Source: a virus
Lineage: Duplodnaviria > Heunggongvirae > Uroviricota > Caudoviricetes
Virus record (IMG/VR): IMGVR_UViG_2534681773_000029
DNA length: 32,438 nucleotides
Strand: one strand, 5' to 3'
In this document: positions 8,248 to 17,673 of the stretch, one piece after another
Position numbering within the stretch: the stretch's first letter is position 1
How the letters are laid out: each line of letters starts with the position of its first letter
Notes under the pieces: generated by a model
Database searches by the model: none
What the model saw: the letters and a program-made list of their open reading frames with translations, nothing else
Told to the model about the DNA's origin: nothing
Made by a program: the position numbers and the translations under genes

Positions 8248-9087
8248 TTAAAGCCTGCATTTGTTGTAATATGTCATCTCCATATTGATAATTGTTAATA
8301 GTGGTAAAGCCAAGTGGTTGACCATGAAACATAGCTTCATGAAAGTTTTCATTGCGGATGTTTGTAATGTTTTTTTGCCTGTAACCCATGATGGTCGTGG
8401 TATTCCATAAGTTTTGCAGATCCACTTCAAGCGCCTGGAGTGATTTAGAGTCTTTTCTGTACACTTGTTCTTTTCTGCCCATGTTAAAGCAAAGCAACTA
8501 TCCAGTGCCATATAAAGATACTGGAATTTTTCGAAGCTAAGGTATTGTGGGTTTTGGGATAAAAATAGTGCATGCACTATTGCTGCTATATTTATTGGTG
8601 CGTGTTTGGTTTTTGTCTCGCTAGACATGTATTTGAGTGCTAATTCTATAACCTCTTTTTCAGAGCACTTGACCAGAATAAAGTCAGTTAATTTGCTGGG
8701 TTTTATTGGGGTTGCGTCTAAAAAACCGGCATCAGTAGTTGTTAATCTTATCCCTTTGAAAAAAGACAGACACCACACAGCAAAATTGAGAGTTTCTAGT
8801 GAAGATGTATTTTTTAATTTTAGTGAGTGTGTTTTGGGTAAGCCAAATACTCGTTGGCTAAAAGGCATTGTGGATATGCCTCCATTGAGGTTATATACTT
8901 CTTGGTTTCCTGGGTATATCCAACCGTTAATAACATTTCTGTGATTGTTTATAAGATTTGTTTTTTCCGCTAGACCGGGTAAAGTAAGTAAAGAAAAATC
9001 ATCAGTTTCAACGTTAACTTCTACTGGATAGTATCCAAACTCAGCTTCAATATCATTGGATTGCTGTTCGTCAACTTTACCTTGCAT
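8248..9087 (-). CDS. Hypothetical protein of unknown family in cargo island; possibly frameshifted (see overlapping ORF 8147..8497)
   Basis: 279-aa minus-strand ORF; a second open frame continues to 8147. One extra A in the A7 run (plus-strand T7 at 8370-8376) would fuse them into about 313 aa. No recognisable catalytic motif. Confidence 0.45.
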   Translation of the reverse strand: MQGKVDEQQSNDIEAEFGYYPVEVNVETDDFSLLTLPGLAEKTNLINNHRNVINGWIYPGNQEVYNLNGGISTMPFSQRVFGLPKTHSLKLKNTSSLETLNFAVWCLSFFKGIRLTTTDAGFLDATPIKPSKLTDFILVKCSEKEVIELALKYMSSETKTKHAPINIAAIVHALFLSQNPQYLSFEKFQYLYMALDSCFALTWAEKNKCTEKTLNHSRRLKWICKTYGIPRPSWVTGKKTLQTSAMKTFMKLCFMVNHLALPLLTIINMEMTYYNKCRL

Positions 9088-9324
9088 ACATTGCTCCGGT
9101 CAAAAATAGGCTCGATAATTCTCGTAAGCCTATCATGTTCGCAAAGTATCCATACCTGTGGATTTTGTAAATTTAAGTTGATTTGTCATTAAATAAGCCG
9201 TTGCATGCAACAAGTGAATGTTTTTGCATGCGTCGGGGATGTCCGTTCAGGCTGCGTGCGGTCAGGACTGGTGCGGATCCATAGTATCTATGCAACTGCA
9301 TTAAAACCGCCCCATGAAGCGGGC

Positions 9325-9343
9325 GGGCGAGGCGGGGAAAGCA
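9325..9343. other. cos: cos site (19-nt cohesive-end sequence GGCGAGGCGGGGAAAGCAC)
   Basis: Exact match to the P2/P4 cohesive-end sequence as I recall it; lies in the expected place upstream of Q. Confidence 0.7.
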
Positions 9344-9486
9344 CTGCGCGCTGGCGGTGGTGCTGATTTTATTTTTTCAGCGTCTGAGCGCGTCGTGATG
9401 GCGTTTAGATTGTTCGCCGGGGCGTTGGTGTGTCTGCGGGCTGTTTTGTGCGGTGGTGAGCGTGTGAGGGCGTGATGGCGGGTTGT

Positions 9487-9508
9487 AAAAAAGCCGCCCG
9501 CAGGCGGC
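9487..9508 (-). terminator. Intrinsic terminator after Q (minus strand)
   Basis: GCCGCC-CGCA-GGCGGC hairpin with T6 on the minus strand, 6 nt past the Q stop. Confidence 0.5.
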
Positions 9509-9513
9509 GATGT

Positions 9514-10503
9514 TCAGCCGTTGTCAGTGTCCAGTGAGTAGTTTTTAAAGCGGATGACCTCCTGACCGAGCCAGCCGTTTATTTCCCGAATCCTGTCCTG
9601 TAACGGGATTAGCTCATTGCGGACAAAGACCTTTGCCACTTTCTCAATATCGCCCAGTGACCCGACGTTCTCCGGCTTGCCACCCATCAACTGAAAGGGG
9701 ATGCGGTGTGCGTCCAGCAGGTCAGCGGCGCTGGCTTTTTTGATATTAAAAAAATCGTCCTTCGTCGCCACTTCACTGAGCGGGATAATTTTAATGCCGT
9801 CGGCTTTCCCCTGCGGGGCATAGAGAAACAGGTTTTTAAAGTTGTTGCGGCCTTTCGACTTCACCATGTTTTCGCGAAGCATTTCGATATCGTTGCGATC
9901 CTGCACGGCATCGGTAACGTACATGATGTATCCGGCATGTGCGCCGTTTTCGTAATACTTGCGGCGGAACAGCGTGGCCGACTCATTCAGCCAGGCAGAG
10001 TTAAGGGCGCTGAGATATTCCGGCAGGCCATACAGCTCCTGATTAATATCCGGCTCCAGCAGGTGAAACACGGAGCCGGGCGTGAAAGGTGTCGGCTCGT
10101 TGAAGGACGGCACCCACCAGTAAACATCCTCCTCCACGCCACGACGGGTATATTTGGCCGGTGAGGTTTCCAGTCTGATGACCTTACCGGTGGTGCTGTA
10201 ACGCTTTTCCAGAAACGCATTACCGAACACCAGAAAATCCAGCACAAAGCGGCTGAAATCCTGCTGGGAAAGCCACGGGTGCGGGATAAACGTTGAGGCC
10301 AGAATATTACGTTTGACGTAAATCGGTGAGCTGTGATGCACGGCAGCACGCAGGCTTTTTGCCAGACCGGTAAAGCTGACCGGTGGCTCATACCATCTGC
10401 CGTTACTGATGCATTCGACGTAATCCAGAATGTCACGGCGGTCGAGTACCGGCACCGGCTCGCCAAAGGTGAATGCCTCCATTTTCGGGGCGCTGGCGGT
10501 CAT
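9514..10503 (-). CDS. Q: Portal protein gpQ
   Basis: 329-aa ORF matching P2 Q. A 15-codon ORF (10500..10547) starts at an ATG overlapping the P stop and would join in frame with one extra homopolymer base, giving 344 aa. Confidence 0.85.
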   Translation of the reverse strand: MTASAPKMEAFTFGEPVPVLDRRDILDYVECISNGRWYEPPVSFTGLAKSLRAAVHHSSPIYVKRNILASTFIPHPWLSQQDFSRFVLDFLVFGNAFLEKRYSTTGKVIRLETSPAKYTRRGVEEDVYWWVPSFNEPTPFTPGSVFHLLEPDINQELYGLPEYLSALNSAWLNESATLFRRKYYENGAHAGYIMYVTDAVQDRNDIEMLRENMVKSKGRNNFKNLFLYAPQGKADGIKIIPLSEVATKDDFFNIKKASAADLLDAHRIPFQLMGGKPENVGSLGDIEKVAKVFVRNELIPLQDRIREINGWLGQEVIRFKNYSLDTDNG

Positions 10504-10546
10504 TGTTTTTGCCGCTGGTCGCGGTGTTTTCCCTTTTTCTTGCTCA

Positions 10547-12319
10547 TCAGTAAAACTCCAGAATGGTGGATGTCAGCGGGGTGCTGATACCCGCGGTGAG
10601 TGGCTCATTTAACAGGGCATGCATGGTCGCCCAGGCGAGGTCGGCGTGGCTGGCTTCCTCGCTGCGGCTGGCCTCATAGGTGGCGCTGCGTCCGCTGCTG
10701 GTCATGGTCTTGCGGATAGCCATAAACGAGCTGGTGATGTCGGTGGCGCTGACGTCATATTCCAGACAGCCACGGCGAATAACGTCTTTTGCCTTGAGCA
10801 CCATTGCGGTTTTCATTTCCGGCGTGTAGCGGATATCGCGCGCGGCGGGATAGAACGAGCGCACGAGCTGGAACACGCCGACACCGAGGCCGGTGGCATC
10901 AATTCCGATGTATTCGACGTTGTATTTTTCGGTGAGTTTGCGGATGGATTCAGCCTGAGTGGCAAAGTCCATGCCTTTCCACTGGTGACGCTCAAGTATT
11001 CTGAATTTGCCACCGGCCACCACCGGCGGTGCCAGCACCACGCATCCGGCACTGTCGCCACGGTGTGACGGGTCGTAACCAATCCATACCGGGCGGGAGC
11101 CGAACGGATTCGCGGCAAACGGCGCATAGTCTTCCCATTCTTCCAGCGTGTCGACCATGCAGCGTTGCAGCTCCTCGAACGGGAACACCGACGCCTTGTC
11201 GTCAACAAATTCACACATGAACAGGTTTTTAAAATCGTCGGCGCTGTTTTCACGTTTGAGCTGCTCAATGTCGAACAGCGTGCAGCCGCCTTTCAGCGCG
11301 TCCTCAATGGTGACAATCTGCCGCCACTGGCCGTCCGCACAGAGAAGACCTCCGGCAAGGGCGTTATGACTGACGTCGATTTCCACGCGTTCGGCGGCGC
11401 TGGCGCGACCCCGGTTGAACAGTTCACCCGACCAGAACGGGTAGGCGTCGTGCGCCAGCGTGGACGGGGTGGAGAAATAGGTCGAGCGCAGGTGACTCTG
11501 TGAGGCCATACCTGATGCCACCTTACGCAGTACCTGAAAATTCGGGATCCAGAAAATCTCATCGACGTACAGGTCGCCGTTATGGCTCTGCGCGGTGTTG
11601 GAGTTGGTGCCGAGAAAAATCAGTTTTGCGCCGTTATTGCCCAGGACAATCGGGTCACCGGTCAGGTCAACGTCAACCAGCCGGGCAAAGGCGATGATGT
11701 ATTCGCGGAACACATACGCCTGCGTTTTACTGGCCGACAGAAAAATCTGGTTATGACCGGTTTTCAGGGCGCGCAGCAGCGCCTCGCGGGAAAAATAAAA
11801 CGTCGCGCCAATCTGGCGGGATTTCAGGATATCGCGGATGCGGTGCTCAAGCCCGGCGCGATACCAGTGCAACTGATATTCGAAAGACTGCTCAAAGAAA
11901 ATCTGCTCCAGCTTTTCGATGGCCTCGTCACTGAAAAAATTCTTTTTCGGTTTGCGACGCCCGCCCTTGTTGCGGTTAGCGACGTTCGGATTAAGGTCTG
12001 CCTCGTTGCCGGTCTGACTGTAACGGTTGACCCGTGCCAGTCGTTCAATCTGGCGTCCGAGCAGGTCAATTTCCTTGAAGTCACCGCCGGTTTTCTGCGG
12101 TTTGATGATGAGCTGGGTCAGCCTCGCTTCCAGACTCATTTCGACACGGCTGATGGGGGCAACGCTGTCCCAGCCGTCGCGCTGTTTCCAGCTCTGCACC
12201 GTCGGGCGTTTCATCTGCAACATGGCGGCAATCTGCGGCACGGAAAACCCCTGCCAGTACAGCAGCGCCGCCTGACGACGCGGATCGTGTAAAAGAGTGG
12301 TGTCTGTGGTGATGGTCAT
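10547..12319 (-). CDS. P: Terminase large subunit (ATPase) gpP
   Basis: ORF 10547..12349; ATG at 12319 (MTITTDTTLLHD) with GAGG SD gives 590 aa, the P2 P length. Confidence 0.9.
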   Translation of the reverse strand: MTITTDTTLLHDPRRQAALLYWQGFSVPQIAAMLQMKRPTVQSWKQRDGWDSVAPISRVEMSLEARLTQLIIKPQKTGGDFKEIDLLGRQIERLARVNRYSQTGNEADLNPNVANRNKGGRRKPKKNFFSDEAIEKLEQIFFEQSFEYQLHWYRAGLEHRIRDILKSRQIGATFYFSREALLRALKTGHNQIFLSASKTQAYVFREYIIAFARLVDVDLTGDPIVLGNNGAKLIFLGTNSNTAQSHNGDLYVDEIFWIPNFQVLRKVASGMASQSHLRSTYFSTPSTLAHDAYPFWSGELFNRGRASAAERVEIDVSHNALAGGLLCADGQWRQIVTIEDALKGGCTLFDIEQLKRENSADDFKNLFMCEFVDDKASVFPFEELQRCMVDTLEEWEDYAPFAANPFGSRPVWIGYDPSHRGDSAGCVVLAPPVVAGGKFRILERHQWKGMDFATQAESIRKLTEKYNVEYIGIDATGLGVGVFQLVRSFYPAARDIRYTPEMKTAMVLKAKDVIRRGCLEYDVSATDITSSFMAIRKTMTSSGRSATYEASRSEEASHADLAWATMHALLNEPLTAGISTPLTSTILEFY

Positions 12320-12492
12320 GAATACCTCGCCGTGATGAATACACGGCAAGGCTACTGAGTCGCGCCCCGCGATTCGCTAAGGTGCTGTTGTGTCAGTGAT
12401 AAGCCATCCGGGACTGATGGCGGAGGATGCGCATCGTCGGGAAACTGATGCCGACATGTGACTCCTCTAATCACTATTCAGGACTCCTGACA

Positions 12493-13347
12493 ATGGCAAA
12501 AAAAGCATCAAAATTCTTTCGTATCGGCGTTGAGGGTGACACCTGTGACGGGCGTGTCATCAGTGCGCAGGATATTCAGGAAATGGCCGAAACCTTTGAC
12601 CCGCGAGTCTATGGTTGCCGCATTAACCTGGAACATCTGCGCGGCATCCTGCCTGACGGCATTTTTAAACGTTATGGCGATGTGGTCGAACTGAAGGCCG
12701 AAAAGATTGATGACGATTCGGCGCTGAAAGGCAAATGGGCGCTGTTTGCGAAAATCACCCCGACCGATGACCTTATCGCGATGAACAAGGCCGCGCAGAA
12801 GGTCTACACCTCAATGGAAATTCAGCCGAACTTTGCCAATACCGGCAAATGTTATCTGGTGGGACTGGCCGTCACCGATGACCCGGCAAGCCTCGGTACG
12901 GAATACCTGGAATTCTGCCGCACGGCAAAACACAACCCCCTGAACCGCTTCAAATTAAGCCCTGAAAACCTGATTTCAGTGGCAACGCCTGTTGAGCTGG
13001 AATTTGAAGACCTGCCTGAAACCGTGTTCACCGCCCTGACCGAAAAGGTGAAATCCATTTTTGGCCGCAAACAGGCCAGCGATGACGCCCGTCTGAATGA
13101 CGTGCATGAAGCGGTGACCGCTGTCGCTGAGCATGTGCAGGAAAAACTGAGCGCCACTGAGCAGCGCCTTGCTGAGATGGAAACCGCCTTTTCCGCACTT
13201 AAGCAGGATGTGACTGACAGGGCGGATGAAACCAGTCAGGCATTCACCCGCCTGAAAAACAGTCTCGACCACACCGAAAGTCTGACCCAGCAGCGCCGCA
13301 GTAAAGCCACCGGCGGTGGCGGTGACGCCCTGATGACGAACTGCTGA
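12493..13347 (+). CDS. O: Capsid scaffolding protein gpO
   Basis: ORF 12427..13347; ATG at 12493 (MAKKASKFFRIGVEGDTCDG) gives 284 aa, matching P2 O. Confidence 0.9.
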   Translation: MAKKASKFFRIGVEGDTCDGRVISAQDIQEMAETFDPRVYGCRINLEHLRGILPDGIFKRYGDVVELKAEKIDDDSALKGKWALFAKITPTDDLIAMNKAAQKVYTSMEIQPNFANTGKCYLVGLAVTDDPASLGTEYLEFCRTAKHNPLNRFKLSPENLISVATPVELEFEDLPETVFTALTEKVKSIFGRKQASDDARLNDVHEAVTAVAEHVQEKLSATEQRLAEMETAFSALKQDVTDRADETSQAFTRLKNSLDHTESLTQQRRSKATGGGGDALMTNC

Positions 13348-13405
13348 CCGGTGTCAGTCAGTCCGGGAAAACCTTCACGATTAACCCTTAATTTCAGGAA
13401 AAACT

Positions 13406-14479
13406 ATGCGCCAGGAAACCCGCTTTAAATTTAATGCCTACCTGTCCCGTGTTGCCGAACTGAACGGCATCGACGCCGGTGATGTGTCGAAAAAATTCAC
13501 CGTTGAACCGTCGGTCACCCAGACCCTGATGAACACCATGCAGGAGTCCTCTGATTTTCTGACCCGCATCAACATTGTGCCGGTCAGCGAAATGAAAGGG
13601 GAAAAAATTGGTATTGGTGTCACCGGCTCCATCGCCAGCACCACCGACACCGCCGGTGGCACCGAGCGTCAGCCGAAGGACTTCTCGAAGCTGGCGTCCA
13701 GTAAGTACGAATGCGACCAGATTAACTTCGATTTTTATATCCGCTACAAAACGCTGGACCTGTGGGCGCGTTATCAGGATTTCCAGCTCCGTGTCCGTAA
13801 CGCCATTATCAAACGTCAGTCCCTTGATTTAATCATGGCCGGTTTTAACGGCGTGAAGCGTGCCGAAACCTCTGACCGCAGCAGCAATCCGATGCTGCAG
13901 GATGTGGCGGTCGGCTGGCTGCAGAAATACCGCAATGAAGCCCCGGCGCGCGTGATGAGCAAGGTTACTGACGAGGAAGGTCACACCACCTCTGAGGTCA
14001 TCCGCGTGGGTAAGGGCGGTGATTATGCCAGCCTCGATGCACTGGTGATGGATGCGACCAACAACCTGATTGAGCCGTGGTATCAGGAAGACCCTGACCT
14101 TGTGGTGATTGTGGGGCGTCAGTTACTGGCGGACAAGTATTTCCCCATCGTTAACAAGGAGCAGGACAACAGCGAAATGCTGGCCGCTGACGTCATCATC
14201 AGCCAGAAACGCATCGGTAACCTACCAGCGGTACGCGTCCCGTACTTCCCGGCGGATGCGATGCTCATCACGAAGCTGGAAAACCTGTCCATCTACTACA
14301 TGGATGACAGCCATCGCCGCGTGATTGAGGAAAACCCGAAACTCGACCGCGTGGAGAACTACGAGTCAATGAACATTGATTACGTGGTGGAAGACTACGC
14401 CGCCGGTTGTCTGGTGGAAAAAATTAAGGTCGGTGATTTCTCCACACTGGCTAAAGCGACCGCAGAGCCGGGAGCGTAA
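13406..14479 (+). CDS. N: Major capsid protein gpN
   Basis: 357-aa ORF, matches P2 N in length and sequence recollection. Confidence 0.9.
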   Translation: MRQETRFKFNAYLSRVAELNGIDAGDVSKKFTVEPSVTQTLMNTMQESSDFLTRINIVPVSEMKGEKIGIGVTGSIASTTDTAGGTERQPKDFSKLASSKYECDQINFDFYIRYKTLDLWARYQDFQLRVRNAIIKRQSLDLIMAGFNGVKRAETSDRSSNPMLQDVAVGWLQKYRNEAPARVMSKVTDEEGHTTSEVIRVGKGGDYASLDALVMDATNNLIEPWYQEDPDLVVIVGRQLLADKYFPIVNKEQDNSEMLAADVIISQKRIGNLPAVRVPYFPADAMLITKLENLSIYYMDDSHRRVIEENPKLDRVENYESMNIDYVVEDYAAGCLVEKIKVGDFSTLAKATAEPGA

Positions 14480-14482
14480 CCG

Positions 14483-15226
14483 ATGACGAGTCCCGCACAG
14501 CGCCACATGATGCGGGTCTCGGCAGCGATGACCGCGCAGCGGGAAGCCGCCCCGCTGCGACATGCAACTGTCTATGAGCAGATGCTGGTCAAGCTGGCCG
14601 CAGACCAGCGCACACTGAAAGCGATTTATTCAAAAGAGCTGAAGGCCGCGAAAAAACGCGAACTGCTGCCGTTCTGGTTGCCGTGGGTGAACGGCGTGCT
14701 GGAGCAGGGCAAAGGTGCACAGGATGACATTCTGATGACGGTCATGCTGTGGCGTCTGGATACCGGCGATATTGCCGGTGCGCTGGAGATTGCCCGTTAT
14801 GCCCTGAAGTACGGTCTGACCATGCCGGGGAAACACCGCCGCACCCCGCCGTACATGTTCACCGAGGAGGTGGCGCTTGCGGCCATGCGTGCTCACGCTG
14901 CCGGTGAGTCTGTGGATACCCGCCTGCTGACGGAGACCCTTGAACTGACCGCCACGGCTGACATGCCTGATGAAGTGCGCGCAAAGCTGCACAAAATCAT
15001 CGGTCTGTTTCTGCGTGACGGTGGTGATGCCGCCGGTGCGCTGGCTCACCTGCAACGTGCGACACAGCTCGACTGTCAGGCAGGCGTCAAAAAAGAGATT
15101 GAACGACTGGAGCGGGAGCTGAAACCGAAGCCGGAGCCGCAGCCCAAAGCGGCCACCCGTACCCTGCGTAAGACCCGGAGCGTGACACCGGCAAAACGTG
15201 GACGCCCGAAAAAGAAAGCCAGTTAA
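14483..15226 (+). CDS. M: Terminase small/endonuclease subunit gpM
   Basis: 247-aa ORF following N; basic C-terminal tail; matches P2 M. Confidence 0.85.
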   Translation: MTSPAQRHMMRVSAAMTAQREAAPLRHATVYEQMLVKLAADQRTLKAIYSKELKAAKKRELLPFWLPWVNGVLEQGKGAQDDILMTVMLWRLDTGDIAGALEIARYALKYGLTMPGKHRRTPPYMFTEEVALAAMRAHAAGESVDTRLLTETLELTATADMPDEVRAKLHKIIGLFLRDGGDAAGALAHLQRATQLDCQAGVKKEIERLERELKPKPEPQPKAATRTLRKTRSVTPAKRGRPKKKAS

Positions 15227-15325
15227 CAACCGAATGCGCCCCGCGCCAGGGCGGCACGCCGGTCAGTGAGGGTGAATCACCTGACACTGCACCGGCGTCC
15301 ACCGCCCGACTTTTCAGAGGTAGTC

Positions 15326-15835
15326 ATGATGACGCTGATTATTCCGCGAAAGGAGGCTCCCGTGTCCGGTGAGGGTACGGTGGTCATCCCGCAACCGGCA
15401 GGCGACGAGCCGGTGATTAAAAACACGTTCTTTTTTCCCGATATCGACCCGAAGCGCGTCCGGGAACGTATGCGCCTTGAGCAGACTGTCGCCCCCGCCC
15501 GTCTGCGTGAGGCCATCAAGTCAGGCATGGCGGAGACGAATGCGGAGCTGTACGAGTACCGCGAACAGAAAATTGCTGCCGGTTTTTCGCGTCTGGCTGA
15601 CGTCCCGGCGGACGACATCGACGGTGAAAGCATCAAAGTTTTTTACTACGAGCGCGCCGTGTGTGCGATGGCGACCGCGTCGCTTTATGAGCGTTATCGC
15701 GGCGTGGATGCCAGTGCGAAAGGCGACAAGAAGGCCGACAGCATTGACAGCACCATTGATGAACTGTGGCGGGATATGCGCTGGGCAGTGGCGCGCATCC
15801 AGGACAAGCCGCGCTGCATCGTGAGTCAAATCTGA
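15326..15835 (+). CDS. L: Head completion protein gpL
   Basis: ORF 15266..15835; ATG at 15326 (MMTLIIPRKE) with GAGG SD gives 169 aa as in P2 L. Confidence 0.85.
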   Translation: MMTLIIPRKEAPVSGEGTVVIPQPAGDEPVIKNTFFFPDIDPKRVRERMRLEQTVAPARLREAIKSGMAETNAELYEYREQKIAAGFSRLADVPADDIDGESIKVFYYERAVCAMATASLYERYRGVDASAKGDKKADSIDSTIDELWRDMRWAVARIQDKPRCIVSQI

Positions 15836-16038
15836 TGAAGACCTTTGCGCTACAGGGCGACACGCTCGACGCCATTTGTGTCCGGTATTACGGGCGCACT
15901 GAGGGCGTGGTTGAGACCGTGCTCGCCGCAAATCCGGGACTGGCTGAACTGGGTGTGGTGCTGCCACACGGCACCGCCGTCGAACTGCCCGACGTTCAGA
16001 CCGCGCCCGTGGCTGAAACTGTCAATCTGTGGGAGTAA
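15835..16038 (+). CDS. X: Tail protein gpX
   Basis: ATG at 15835 overlaps the L stop (TGATG); 67 aa (MKTFALQGDTLDAICVRYYG) as in P2 X. Confidence 0.85.
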   Translation: MKTFALQGDTLDAICVRYYGRTEGVVETVLAANPGLAELGVVLPHGTAVELPDVQTAPVAETVNLWE

Positions 16039-16041
16039 CGC

Positions 16042-16323
16042 ATGACAGCAGAAGAAAAAAGCGTCCTGTCGCTTTTCATGATTGGGGTGCTGATTGTTGT
16101 CGGCAAGGTGCTTGCCGGTGGTGAACCCATCACCCCGCGTCTGTTTATCGGGCGCATGTTGCTCGGTGGTTTTGTCTCGATGGTTGCCGGTGTTGTTCTG
16201 GTGCAGTTTCCTGACCTGTCACTGCCTGCGGTGTGCGGTATCGGCTCCATGCTGGGTATCGCCGGTTATCAGGTGATTGAGATTGCCATTCAGCGCCGTT
16301 TTAAGGGCAGGGGGAAACAGTAA
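16042..16323 (+). CDS. Y: Holin gpY
   Basis: 93-aa ORF with hydrophobic segments and charged C-terminus, directly upstream of the endolysin. Confidence 0.85.
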   Translation: MTAEEKSVLSLFMIGVLIVVGKVLAGGEPITPRLFIGRMLLGGFVSMVAGVVLVQFPDLSLPAVCGIGSMLGIAGYQVIEIAIQRRFKGRGKQ

Positions 16324-16820
16324 TGCCGGTAATTAACACGCATCAGAATATCGCGGCCTTTCTCGACATGCTGGCAGTGTCCGAAGGGACGGCGAATCAT
16401 CCGCTGACGAAAAACCGGGGCTATGACGTGATAGTCACCGGACTGGACGGGAAGCCGGAAATTTTCACCGACTACAGTGACCACCCGTTCGCACATGGCC
16501 GACCGGCGAAGGTGTTTAACCGTCGCGGTGAAAAATCCACGGCCTCCGGTCGCTATCAGCAACTTTACCTGTTCTGGCCGCATTACCGCAAACAGCTTGC
16601 CCTGCCGGATTTCAGTCCGTTGTCACAGGACAGACTTGCCATTCAGTTGATCCGCGAACGCGGTGCACTGGATGACATCCGGGCGGGACGCATTGAGCGC
16701 GCCATTTCACGCTGTCGCAATATCTGGGCGTCCCTGCCGGGTGCCGGTTACGGTCAGCGTGAGCATTCACTGGAAAAACTGGTCACCGTCTGGCGTACCG
16801 CTGGCGGCGTACCGGCTTAA
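16323..16820 (+). CDS. K: Endolysin (lysozyme) gpK
   Basis: 165-aa ORF overlapping the holin stop; matches P2 K. Confidence 0.85.
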   Translation: MPVINTHQNIAAFLDMLAVSEGTANHPLTKNRGYDVIVTGLDGKPEIFTDYSDHPFAHGRPAKVFNRRGEKSTASGRYQQLYLFWPHYRKQLALPDFSPLSQDRLAIQLIRERGALDDIRAGRIERAISRCRNIWASLPGAGYGQREHSLEKLVTVWRTAGGVPA

Positions 16821-16834
16821 ACGGAGTAAACACC

Positions 16835-17260
16835 ATGAAGAAATTATCCCTTTCACTGATGCTGAACGTGTCGCTGGCGCTGATGCTGGCACTGTCCCTG
16901 ATTTATCCGCAGAGCGTGGCCGTCAGTTTTGTCGCTGCCTGGGCGATTCTGGCGACGGTTATCTGTGTGGTTGCCGGTGGTGTCGGCGTGTATGCCACGG
17001 AGTATGTACTGGAACGCTACGGGCGGGAGCTGCCGCCGGAATCGCTGGCCGTGAAGATTGTCACGTCGCTGTTTTTGCAGCCGGTGACGTGGTGCAGACG
17101 GGCGGTGGGTCTGGTGGTGATGGTGGCGACGTTTATCTCGCTGGTCGCTGCCGGGTGGATTTTTACCGCGCTGATTTATCTTGTGGCGTCGCTGTTTTTC
17201 CGGCTGATACGTAAAGCCTGTCGTCAGCGTCTTGAAGGGCGGGAATTATGTCAAAGCTGA
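16835..17260 (+). CDS. lysA: Lysis accessory membrane protein LysA
   Basis: 141-aa strongly hydrophobic ORF in lysis cassette. Confidence 0.8.
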   Translation: MKKLSLSLMLNVSLALMLALSLIYPQSVAVSFVAAWAILATVICVVAGGVGVYATEYVLERYGRELPPESLAVKIVTSLFLQPVTWCRRAVGLVVMVATFISLVAAGWIFTALIYLVASLFFRLIRKACRQRLEGRELCQS

Positions 17261-17673
17261 TGATTGTGCTGGTCGTGTTGTTATCGCTGGCGGTGGCGGG
17301 GCTGTTTCTGGCGAAGCATGAAAACGCCAGCCTGCGCGCCTCGCTGGACAGGGCGAACAACGTCGCCAGCGGGCAGCAGACGACCATCACCATGCTGAAA
17401 AATCAGCTTCATGTTGCCCTCACCAGAGCAGACAAAAACGAGCTGGCGCAGGTGGCACTGCGTCAGGAGCTGGAGAACGCCGCGAAGCGTGAAGCACAGC
17501 GCGAGAAAACCATCACGAGGTTACTTAATGAAAACGAAGATTTTCGCCGCTGGTACGGCGCTGGCCTGCCTGATGCTGTGCGCCGGTTGCACCAGCGCCC
17601 GGCCTGCGCCGACGCCAGTGATTGTCCACAACGCCTGCCCGAAAGTGAGTCTTTGCCCGATGCCGGGCAGTGA
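17248..17673 (+). CDS. lysB: Spanin inner-membrane subunit LysB (Rz-like)
   Basis: 141 aa with N-terminal TM helix and coiled-coil-like remainder. Confidence 0.8.
   Translation: MSKLMIVLVVLLSLAVAGLFLAKHENASLRASLDRANNVASGQQTTITMLKNQLHVALTRADKNELAQVALRQELENAAKREAQREKTITRLLNENEDFRRWYGAGLPDAVRRLHQRPACADASDCPQRLPESESLPDAGQ

Noticed and set aside
5776-9324. Reverse transcriptase / retron, tin or old in the variable slot
   Set aside because: No ORF in the island shows RT motifs (no YxDD context) or the Old-type ATPase/TOPRIM layout, and no ORF is long enough to be old.
9706-12344. Many ORFs of 60-240 aa on either strand inside Q and P (for example 9706..10164, 9987..10466, 10619..11068, 11582..12292)
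   Set aside because: All overlap the well-supported portal and terminase genes, in other frames or antisense; GC-rich coding DNA gives such open frames by chance.
12320-12492. Late-promoter TGT-N12-ACA activator sites upstream of P, O, V and FI
   Set aside because: I looked for the P2 late-promoter dyad in the P/O divergent region and upstream of FI and could not find a convincing match by eye; a weight-matrix scan is needed.
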